Assembly: GCF_025370715.1 (NCBI RefSeq)
Contig: NZ_JAMXEY010000002.1
DNA from: Laspinema olomoucense D3d
Lineage (GTDB): Bacteria; Cyanobacteriota; Cyanobacteriia; Cyanobacteriales; Laspinemataceae
Direction: 5' to 3' (one strand)
DNA length: 12,950 bases
A program made the position numbers and the translations under genes. The notes beneath the pieces were generated by a model that was given only the letters and a program-made list of their open reading frames with translations, searched no databases and was not told where the DNA came from. Of the stretch, positions 6,542-12,950 are shown one piece after another. Positions within the stretch are counted from its first letter, which is position 1. Each line of letters opens with the position of its first letter.

Positions 6542-7505
6542 TAAGAGAATGGCTTAAAACCTCGCGATGGTGGGGCTCCTGTAAGTTGGTGATAGTTGGT
6601 CCTAATGGAATAATTCCACCGGGATTTAAGGGGAAAAGATTACCGTAATAGTCTCGTTTAATACTATCAAGATTACAAGTGTCTGCTACTCCCGGGAGTT
6701 GATAGATATCCCTGAGATAGGGTCCGAGGTTTTGATAGTCCTGGATGCGGCGTTTATTGCATTTAAAGAGTCCGTGATAAACAATATCAAAACGAAATAA
6801 TGTGGTAAATAGCCGCACATCAGCTAGAGTTAATTGGTCGCCGCATAAGTATCGATTAGTCGCCAAAACTGCATCTATTTCATCTAAGGTATTAAACAGT
6901 TCCGTGCAGGCGGTGTTGTATGCGGTTTGACTTTGAGCAAATCCACAGCGATAGACGCCGTTGTTAATAGCAGGGTAAATTTTATCGTTCCAGTATTCTA
7001 TTTTGTCTTGCAACTTTTCGGGATATAAATTGAGTTCTGGATGAGGGCTAAATTCATTAAATTCTGAATTTAGCATGATGATAATTTCCGCACTTTCATT
7101 GTTAACAATGGTCTGGGTTTGGGTATCAAATAGGACCGGAACGGTGCAGCGTCCTTGATATCCGGGACGGGCGATCGCATACAGTTCCGGGAGGGTTTGA
7201 CAGCCGTATTCGGGTTCATCCAGGACCCAGATTCCGGCATCGGGAGAGGGGGAGACAATGGCAACGGAAATGGCCGATTCTAATCCTTTGAGCGATCGCA
7301 CCACCAGGGTCCGATGCGCCCAAGGGCAACCCAATCCCACATACAGGCGATACCGTTCCTTAGCTGGGGGATAGGGGTTTTCGGGTTGGGTTCCGACGGA
7401 ATTTCTAAACTCGCTGATGGGACGAATGTATTCTCCAGTTTGATTACGCGGGGCGAGTTTGGACATCATCAGTTGCCATAGGCTCGTCCAGACAAATTTG
7501 CCCAT
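6534..7505 (-). CDS. yqjG: Xi-class glutathione S-transferase / glutathionyl-hydroquinone reductase (YqjG/ECM4 family)
   Basis: Hallmark Cys-Pro-Trp-Ala active-site motif in RYRLYVGLGCPWAHRTLV. Blocks VPVLFDTQTQTIVNNESAEII, NNGVYRCGFAQSQTAY, LTLADVRLFTTLFRFD, LRDIYQLPG and GIIPLGP align closely with what I recall of E. coli YqjG. The start is chosen at the ATG (7503-7505) giving MGKFVW..., which aligns with the YqjG N-terminus. In-frame alternatives lie upstream at 7586 (MSLETPS...) and 7652. Confidence 0.8.
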   Translation of the reverse strand: MGKFVWTSLWQLMMSKLAPRNQTGEYIRPISEFRNSVGTQPENPYPPAKERYRLYVGLGCPWAHRTLVVRSLKGLESAISVAIVSPSPDAGIWVLDEPEYGCQTLPELYAIARPGYQGRCTVPVLFDTQTQTIVNNESAEIIIMLNSEFNEFSPHPELNLYPEKLQDKIEYWNDKIYPAINNGVYRCGFAQSQTAYNTACTELFNTLDEIDAVLATNRYLCGDQLTLADVRLFTTLFRFDIVYHGLFKCNKRRIQDYQNLGPYLRDIYQLPGVADTCNLDSIKRDYYGNLFPLNPGGIIPLGPTITNLQEPHHREVLSHSLSS

Positions 7506-7671
7506 TTTAATAATAACTTTTGAGGGCAGTTTTTTCCCTTTTTTCGGGGGAGTATTGGTTTGGTTGGAAGGAGTTTCTAAAGACATAATCAATGGGGTGA
7601 AGGGGATAAACTCATAAAAAATATTTCTCGTCTTACAAGTTGAGTAATGCACAGGCGAGGGCCTGGTTATT

Positions 7672-8178
7672 TTAGTCGGGTAATTGTTCTTTCAAAGAAG
7701 AAATAATCTGAGCATCTAGTTTGAGTTTGACCTCGATTAAGCGGGTGGTATCCCGGAAAATTAAAATTTGATTGTCTTCTACAAAAATTTCTGGTTCTTG
7801 CAAAGTCAAGGTTTGATATTTCAAGGCAGCGAGTCCGATCTGCATGACGAGGGTGGGTTGGGATTGGGGATAAATGTAGAGTTGCTGCCGTTTGGGGTCG
7901 AGTTGCAGTTGTCTGACGGTGGTATTGCGTTCGTCTGGCATTCCGGGTTTTGACCAATAGAGGGTAATGCCGCGTATATCGGGGTTGGCGATCGCAAAGG
8001 TTTCGTCAAAGCGTTGGGGTTCCCAATCCAATTCTCGAACATCGCCGTTTCCCGGAAGGATACGCTGGCGCAAGATGATCTCTTTGCCGTTGAGGTTGCG
8101 CCACCATTGCCGGATTGTCTCGAAATTTTCAACCATCTCGGGATTGCTATTCCCAGAGTGCCAGGTGATGAATTGCAC
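7672..8178 (-). CDS. Hypothetical protein (about 168 aa), family not recognised
   Basis: The minus-strand frame is open for 176 codons. The start is chosen at the GTG (8176-8178) preceded by a near-perfect SD AGGAGG with a 6-nt spacer. The ORF track's start at 8202 is a TTG and the first ATG lies 23 codons further in. No motifs recognised. It is transcribed divergently from the HDAC-family gene. Confidence 0.5.
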   Translation of the reverse strand: MQFITWHSGNSNPEMVENFETIRQWWRNLNGKEIILRQRILPGNGDVRELDWEPQRFDETFAIANPDIRGITLYWSKPGMPDERNTTVRQLQLDPKRQQLYIYPQSQPTLVMQIGLAALKYQTLTLQEPEIFVEDNQILIFRDTTRLIEVKLKLDAQIISSLKEQLPD

Positions 8179-8274
8179 GATCGCCCTCCTGATTACTATC
8201 AATAATTCCCATTTTAGAGTTTAAATTAGATTTTAAAGGTGACTGTACCTCGGCAACGCTAAACCTTCCCTGAC

Positions 8275-9192
8275 ATGGACTTACCCATCGTTTATCATCC
8301 TGACTATGTGGCCCCTCTGCCTCCGTCCCATCGTTTCCCGATGGAAAAGTTTCGGTTACTCTATGAAATGCTTTTAGGCGATCGCGTTGTCACTCCCGAA
8401 CAGTGTCACACGCCAGAATTGCCACCCCAGGACTGGATTGAATCCGTCCATGACCCCCAATATGTCCAGGCATATTGCCAAGGCACTCTCGACCCCAAAG
8501 CACAGCGCAGGATTGGTTTACCCTGGACTGAGGCGATCGCCCATCGCACTTGTATCTCCATTGGTGGGGCAGTTTTGACCGCTAAACTGGCATTAAAACA
8601 CGGATTAGCTTGCAACACCGCCGGGGGAACGCATCATGCCTTTCCCGATTTTGGATCAGGGTTTTGCATTTTCAATGATTTGGCGATCGCCTCCAGGATG
8701 ATCCAAAAATTGGCCGGGATTCGCAAAGTCTTAATTGTTGATTTGGACGTCCATCAAGGGGATGGGACAGCCTTTATTTTTAAAAATGACCCGGATGTTT
8801 TTACCTTTTCTCTACACTGTGAGGCCAATTTTCCCGGGCGAAAACAAACCAGTGATTTAGATGTTCCTTTACCCGTAGGAATGGAGGATGATGAATACTT
8901 GCAAACCGTCGCTGGTTATTTACCGGATTTACTCGGACAATTCCAACCGGATTTAGTCTTGTATGACGCAGGAGTGGATGTTCATGCAGGCGATCGCCTG
9001 GGTAAATTAGCCCTGAGTGATACCGGGATTTTTCGGCGAGATATGCAGGTGTTAAGCACCTGTCTCGCCGCTAGATATCCCGTTGCCTGTGTCATTGGGG
9101 GCGGATATTGCGAGGATATGCGCGGTTTGGTGTATCGCCATTCTCTCTTACATCGTGCTGCAGCTCAAGTGTATCGTCAGTATCGACTTTAG
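8275..9192 (+). CDS. Histone deacetylase-superfamily amidohydrolase (AcuC / acetylpolyamine aminohydrolase-like)
   Basis: N-terminal PIVYHPDY is followed by the class-defining GGTHHAFPDFGSGFCIFNDLAIA block, the metal-binding LIVDLDVHQGDGT block and a C-terminal GGGY motif. ATG at 8275. Confidence 0.85.
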   Translation: MDLPIVYHPDYVAPLPPSHRFPMEKFRLLYEMLLGDRVVTPEQCHTPELPPQDWIESVHDPQYVQAYCQGTLDPKAQRRIGLPWTEAIAHRTCISIGGAVLTAKLALKHGLACNTAGGTHHAFPDFGSGFCIFNDLAIASRMIQKLAGIRKVLIVDLDVHQGDGTAFIFKNDPDVFTFSLHCEANFPGRKQTSDLDVPLPVGMEDDEYLQTVAGYLPDLLGQFQPDLVLYDAGVDVHAGDRLGKLALSDTGIFRRDMQVLSTCLAARYPVACVIGGGYCEDMRGLVYRHSLLHRAAAQVYRQYRL

Positions 9193-9275
9193 TGGTAACA
9201 ACCGCTGGGGATTAAAACCTCCAGCTAATAGCTTAAGGCAACAACCGCCAATCGATTTATCCCCCGCCTGGTTTG

Positions 9276-10844
9276 CTACTCCCGTTCCAAAATTCTGACC
9301 ATTCCTTTGGCACTGCCACTGATGAGAAGTTGTCCATTTGGACTGTAAACTAAGGACATCACGGCCCCACTTTCTTCCGTTAACGTGCAGAGTAATTTAC
9401 CTGTGGGTAAATGCCAGATTTTGACCGTCCCATCGGCGCTGCCTGTGGCAAAGCTGTTCCCATCTGGGGCGAGGGCGACTGCGGTTACGGGTCCTAAATG
9501 GGCACTCAGACTCCACAGCAGTTCACCCGTTTCCAAATTCCAGAGTTGAATACTGCCGTCGCCACTGCCGCCGATGAGGAGTTGTTGGGGAGAGATGACG
9601 ATCGCTTCTACTGCCTCTAAACTGCCATTGAGGACCGAAATCGGCTGTTTGGTTTGGAACTGCCACAGGGTAATCGTACCGTCCCCACCGCCTCGGGCGA
9701 GAATTTGACCATCGGGGGAAATAGCGAGGGAAAAGATGGGTCCGGTATAGTCCGTGAGGGTATCAATTAATTCAGCAGTGGACAAATCCCACAATTTAAT
9801 CGTCTCGTCAAAACTGCCACTGACGAGGGTTTTGCCATCAGGGGCGATCGCCAAGGCGCGGACGGAACCCCCATGTCCCGTGAGGGTTTCTTTGGGAATT
9901 CCTGTGGGGAGTTCCCAGAGTTTGATGGTTTTATCCCAACTGGCAGAGGCGAGGGTTTTGCCATCGGGGGCGATCGCAATGGCAAATACCCCCCGTTTGT
10001 GTTCGGCAAGGACTTGCAACAGTTCGCCCGTAGTCAGGTTCCACAGTTTAATACTGGTATCAAAACTGCCCGTTGCTAGAATTTGTCCATCAGGGGTAAT
10101 CCCCAGCGATCGCACCCAGTCCGCATGGGCGGGCAAACTGTGGCGACAGCTCCAATTCTGGGCCGTGGGTTCTGAGGGGGCCGCAAATGACGGCAGGACG
10201 ACTTTCGACGCGGGCGGTTTGGATTTGGCGGGTTGAGAAGGGGTTGCGGATGTGGGGGGTTCCGGCGTTGCCAGTTCCGGTTGAGGGCGAGGAGAGGGCG
10301 ACGGGACCACGATTTGCGAGGTTAATTGGGAAATTGCCTCCTCCACTCGTTCTAAGCGGTAGGCAAAGGATGAACGATTCAGATAGGCGATCGCATTGCC
10401 CAGACTTTCATCCAACAAGGCATATTGCTCTTTCAACCCCGCGATTTCCCCCTGAATCTGGGACAAATCCACCGATTCTAATTTCCCCAATCGGGTTTTA
10501 AGCAGAGCCAATTCATCCGGGGACCCCGTAGCCACAGGGGGGCGGCTGCCTTCCTCTACTTCCACTTGAGGGAGGGGAAGTTGCTTCTGGGCTTCCACCC
10601 GTTGGGTGAGCATTTCCAGTTCTTCCGCCAATTGGCGATGCTGTCGATTCGTTGTTCCACTGACTCGGCGAGTTTGGTGTTCCAGGCGATACCGGGCGAT
10701 CGCATTCAAAATCAGGGTACTGCAAATCAAAGGGGCGGCTACATAGATAGCCCCATTAAAAAAAACCGCCACTATCGACGCCACCAATGACGCGAACAAG
10801 GAAGCATATTCTGCGGTTTCTAGCCAATGACGGTGATTTGACAT
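9276..10844 (-). CDS. Membrane-anchored coiled-coil / Pro-rich-linker / 7x WD40 repeat protein
   Basis: Start taken at ATG 10842-10844 (MSNHRHW...) with GGAAGGA 6 nt upstream; the ORF track's 10862 is a GTG. The N-terminus has two hydrophobic helices (LFASLVASIVAVFF, VAAPLICSTLILNAI), then a heptad-like QLAEELEMLTQRVEAQ region, then a P/S/T-rich linker (PSPSPRPQPELATPEPPTSATPSQP). Seven diverged WD40 units follow, such as DTSIKLWNLTTGE, DKTIKLWELPTG, DETIKLWDL and DGTVKIWHLPTG. Confidence 0.8.
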   Translation of the reverse strand: MSNHRHWLETAEYASLFASLVASIVAVFFNGAIYVAAPLICSTLILNAIARYRLEHQTRRVSGTTNRQHRQLAEELEMLTQRVEAQKQLPLPQVEVEEGSRPPVATGSPDELALLKTRLGKLESVDLSQIQGEIAGLKEQYALLDESLGNAIAYLNRSSFAYRLERVEEAISQLTSQIVVPSPSPRPQPELATPEPPTSATPSQPAKSKPPASKVVLPSFAAPSEPTAQNWSCRHSLPAHADWVRSLGITPDGQILATGSFDTSIKLWNLTTGELLQVLAEHKRGVFAIAIAPDGKTLASASWDKTIKLWELPTGIPKETLTGHGGSVRALAIAPDGKTLVSGSFDETIKLWDLSTAELIDTLTDYTGPIFSLAISPDGQILARGGGDGTITLWQFQTKQPISVLNGSLEAVEAIVISPQQLLIGGSGDGSIQLWNLETGELLWSLSAHLGPVTAVALAPDGNSFATGSADGTVKIWHLPTGKLLCTLTEESGAVMSLVYSPNGQLLISGSAKGMVRILERE

Positions 10845-10900
10845 AGAGTCCTTCCCACCCACCGGAGCCTATATTACAAGTGCCATTTTATCAAAAATCC
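10845..10900 (-). promoter_or_regulatory. Putative promoter region of the membrane WD40 gene
   Basis: Read on the minus strand: TTGATA...(12 nt)...TTGTAATAT, with a TAATAT -10-like hexamer (plus-strand 10871-10876) about 27 nt upstream of the ATG. The spacing to the -35-like TTGATA is suboptimal, so this is tentative. Confidence 0.2.
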
Positions 10901-11138
10901 CCCTAATCTTTCCATTTTATGGAGAAATGTTGATATAAGGGGGATACAAATTTTTCACTCAAACCCGGCACAATTGAGCCTAAATTGCCCAAAATTTTGT
11001 TTTGAGACTAATAATGATTCCTCTAGTTTCAACCCTGAGCGTTCGAGCCTTAAAAATAGGGTAAACAATGAACAAAGAGTTTAATCAATCATTTTTTTGT
11101 TTTGCCCCTCGTTATTGACTCAAGCGGCTGTTATCCAG

Positions 11139-11168
11139 AAAAATCCCCACCCGGAAAGCAGTGGGTGA
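11139..11168 (-). terminator. Candidate intrinsic terminator downstream of mgtE
   Basis: Read on the minus strand: CCCAC-tgctttccgg-GTGGG followed by ATTTTT, lying 7-35 nt after the TAA stop (11175-11177). The stem is only 5 bp, all GC, so confidence is moderate to low. Confidence 0.35.
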
Positions 11169-11174
11169 GGAAGA

Positions 11175-12575
11175 TTACAATCCTAGAAATAGCTTGGCAA
11201 TATTAAAGTAAATCAGAACACCCAAAACATCTACAGCCGTGGTAATAAATGGTGCTGACATCAGGGCGGGATCTAACTTAATGGCGCGGAATAAAAATGG
11301 CAGGGCTGAACCGGATACCGATGCCAAAATTGAAATCGCAATCAGAGAGATGCCGACACAGAAAGCCACCTGGAGATTGACTCGCAACAGGAAAAAAGCC
11401 CAGATGGTGGCAAGAGTTCCCAAAATTGTCCCTAGTAATGCACCGGCAATTCCTTCTCGCCAGATAACTTTGAGCGGTCCGAGTAAGCGAATTTCATCGG
11501 TATTCATCCCGCGAATCACCACAGTAGAAGACTGGGCACCGACATTCCCTCCCGTACCCGTCAGCAGGGGAATAAAGGCGGTGAGGACGACGACTTGCTG
11601 CAATAGCTCTTTTTGGGAATTAATAATTGATCCGGTTACGGTATTGGTGAGCAATAAGACGAACAGCCACACGACACGGCGTCGCGCCACTGTCCATAAA
11701 TTCATTTCAAAATAATTATCCCCATCGGTTTGGACCCCACCCAAGGCATAAATATCCTCGGTGGTTTCCTGTTCCATGATGTCGATCGCATCATCGATGG
11801 TGATGACCCCGACTAAGCGTTGCTCGCGATCGACCACGGGGATCGCTAGGAAATCATAGCGCTGAATCAGGCGCGAGACTTCCTCACCGTCGGTATCTGT
11901 ATGGACGAATACCACATCCCGAGTCATGATTTCACTAATTTTTTCCTCGGGGGAACTAATCACCAAGTCCCGCAGGGAAACGATTCCGGTTAACCGGCGT
12001 TCGCTATCCATGACATAGAGGTAATAAATAATTTCCGCCACTGGCGACAGGGTGCGAATCCGTTCCAGGGTTTGGCTGACGCTCATATTTTCCCGGACGG
12101 AAATATATTCCGGGGTCATGATTCTCCCGGCAGTTCCCGATTCATAGCCCATTAGCAGGGCGGTGGACTGCCATTCCGTGGGAGACAGTTGTGCCCGCAA
12201 TCGGCGCACGACTTTCGAGGGCAATTCATCCAGCAGTCGGGCGCGATCGTCCGGGGACATATTGCCAATGATATCTAGGACGTCCTGGCGCTTGAAGTCT
12301 TCTAAAAGCACCTGTTGGACGCTGGTATCGAGATGTTCATAAACTTCCGTTGCTTCCTGTTTGGATAGCAAGCGAAAGGCGATCGCCTGCATCGCTTCAG
12401 GCATTCCTTCGATCGCTTCGGCGATATCCACAGGTTGAACCGGGACTAAAATCGCTTTAGCCCCCTGGAGGTCCCCCTGTCTGAGCAGGGCTTCCAGTTG
12501 CGATCGCACTAAGTCAGGTATTTCTCTCCGCGACAGGGTCCCGAGGGGAGAGGATATCGGTTGAGGTTCAGTCAC
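11175..12575 (-). CDS. mgtE: Magnesium transporter MgtE (N-terminal MgtE-N domain, tandem CBS domains, C-terminal 5-TM MgtE pore domain)
   Basis: 466 aa. The GTG start at 12573-12575 is preceded by AGGGAG with a 6-nt spacer. The CBS-like regions are ...YISVRENMSVSQTLERIR... and ...RDVVFVHTDTDGEEVSRLIQRYDFLAIPVVD... The C-terminal TM block carries the conserved ...GNVGAQSSTVVIRG... and ...APFITTAVDVLGVLIYF... signatures of MgtE. Confidence 0.9.
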   Translation of the reverse strand: MTEPQPISSPLGTLSRREIPDLVRSQLEALLRQGDLQGAKAILVPVQPVDIAEAIEGMPEAMQAIAFRLLSKQEATEVYEHLDTSVQQVLLEDFKRQDVLDIIGNMSPDDRARLLDELPSKVVRRLRAQLSPTEWQSTALLMGYESGTAGRIMTPEYISVRENMSVSQTLERIRTLSPVAEIIYYLYVMDSERRLTGIVSLRDLVISSPEEKISEIMTRDVVFVHTDTDGEEVSRLIQRYDFLAIPVVDREQRLVGVITIDDAIDIMEQETTEDIYALGGVQTDGDNYFEMNLWTVARRRVVWLFVLLLTNTVTGSIINSQKELLQQVVVLTAFIPLLTGTGGNVGAQSSTVVIRGMNTDEIRLLGPLKVIWREGIAGALLGTILGTLATIWAFFLLRVNLQVAFCVGISLIAISILASVSGSALPFLFRAIKLDPALMSAPFITTAVDVLGVLIYFNIAKLFLGL

Positions 12576-12606
12576 GTTAAACTCCCTGGATCCAGTCCGA
12601 TCCCTA

Positions 12607-12643
12607 TTCTATACAATTTAAGGGGACGCGAACTCGTCACCCC
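12607..12643 (-). terminator. GC-rich imperfect hairpin plus U-rich tail between the two mgtE paralogues (terminator of the upstream paralogue and/or leader element of mgtE)
   Basis: Plus-strand GGGGACG-cgaact-CGTCaCCCC at 12622-12643. On the minus strand it is followed by CTTAAATTGTATAG. It sits in the 115-nt gap between the paralogue's stop (12691) and the mgtE start (12575). The structure is imperfect: an internal mismatch interrupts the stem. Confidence 0.25.
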
Positions 12644-12690
12644 AGGCGAAACAGGGCGAGTCGAACGGGACCTCTCCAGTGGGTTCCCAG

Positions 12691-12950
12691 TCACTCCGCA
12701 CCTCCCAAAAGCTGCTGTGCCACCGTTAAATAAATTAACACCCCCAGGACATCCACTGCTGTGGTAATAAAGGGCGCTGACATTAAGGTTGGCTCAAATC
12801 CTAGGCGATCAAATAAAAACGGGAGGGCTGACCCGGCGAAGGAGGCGAGGATAGTAATCGCCAGCAAACTCACTCCCACGGAAATAGCAACCAGGAGATT
12901 TCCCGCTAGGAAATAGGCCCAAATGGTGACAATAAGCGACAGCATGATTC
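12691..12950 (-). CDS. mgtE: Second MgtE-family magnesium transporter, C-terminal transmembrane part only (N-terminus beyond the window end)
   Basis: Translation ...ISVGVSLLAITILASFAGSALPFLFDRLGFEPTLMSAPFITTAVDVLGVLIYLTV... is clearly paralogous to the C-terminus of the complete mgtE at 11175..12575 (..ISLIAISILASVSGSALPFLFRAIKLDPALMSAPFITTAVDVLGVLIYFNI..). The frame stays open to the window edge. The Met at 12945 is probably internal. Confidence 0.75.
   Translation of the reverse strand, partial: IMLSLIVTIWAYFLAGNLLVAISVGVSLLAITILASFAGSALPFLFDRLGFEPTLMSAPFITTAVDVLGVLIYLTVAQQLLGGAE

Noticed and set aside
4951-6648. Minus-strand ORFs 4951..5154, 5004..5330 and 5219..5410, and the plus-strand ORF 6256..6648
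   Set aside because: They overlap the CrtI-like gene in other frames or strands, the 6256 ORF extending across the convergent gene's stop. None has any motif, so they are artefacts.
7667-8224. ORFs 7667..7957(-), 7768..7953(+), 7821..8132(-), 7967..8224(+) and 8014..8205(+) overlapping the hypothetical gene
   Set aside because: The 7672..8202 frame is the longest and has a strong SD-GTG start. The others are alternative-frame artefacts.
9754-10725. Plus-strand ORFs 9754..10236, 9873..10079, 10187..10501 and 10566..10790, and the minus-strand ORFs 9767..10009 and 10513..10725
   Set aside because: All are nested in or antisense to the 522-aa membrane WD40 gene, which has a coherent domain structure, and none has any motif or RBS.
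10758-10765. A8 homopolymer inside the membrane WD40 gene as a phase-variation switch
   Set aside because: A single 8-nt tract within a TM-coding segment (FF codons) is below the length usually associated with programmed phase variation. It is mentioned only as a sequencing or slippage caveat.
11239-11715. Plus-strand ORF 11239..11715 (158 aa)
   Set aside because: It is antisense to the well-supported mgtE pore domain and its translation is low-complexity.
12576-12690. tRNA-like GTTCGACTC (T-loop-like) motif on the minus strand of the mgtE leader
   Set aside because: Attempts to fold a cloverleaf fail. The putative T-stem does not pair (TCCCG versus CGCCC) and no acceptor stem or anticodon arm could be built. 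It is probably a chance GTTCGA.
12576-12690. M-box (ykoK) Mg2+ riboswitch upstream of mgtE
   Set aside because: At 115 nt the leader is shorter than a typical M-box (about 160 nt), and I cannot recognise the conserved M-box helices by eye. It is left as a hypothesis that needs a covariance-model search.

Overview
This is a cyanobacterial chromosomal segment, judged from about 25 copies of the HIP1 octamer GCGATCGC and from the gene content. It carries (i) a very large minus-strand gene that runs off the window start: a STAND/NLR-like NTPase made of an unrecognised ~310-aa N-terminal domain, an NB-ARC ATPase and at least 13 near-identical 42-aa WD40 repeats, which form a 126-bp tandem DNA repeat array; (ii) a compact, divergently transcribed two-gene cassette on the plus strand encoding a 71-aa acidic protein translationally coupled to a 143-aa retropepsin-like (DTGAS) aspartyl protease; (iii) a CrtI-superfamily FAD-dependent oxidoreductase; (iv) a Xi-class glutathione S-transferase of the YqjG family (glutathionyl-hydroquinone reductase) with the CPWA motif; (v) a hypothetical protein; (vi) an HDAC/AcuC-family deacetylase; (vii) a membrane-anchored coiled-coil plus 7-bladed WD40 protein; and (viii) two tandem MgtE magnesium-transporter paralogues, the second truncated by the window end. 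No rRNA, tRNA, CRISPR array or transposase is detectable. The most interesting region is the NLR-like STAND gene, whose repeat array varies at specific codons, together with the adjacent small-protein/retropepsin cassette. I propose this as a candidate defence or programmed-cell-death module that has not been described. All calls rest on sequence motifs read by eye and recall of protein families; nothing was searched against databases.
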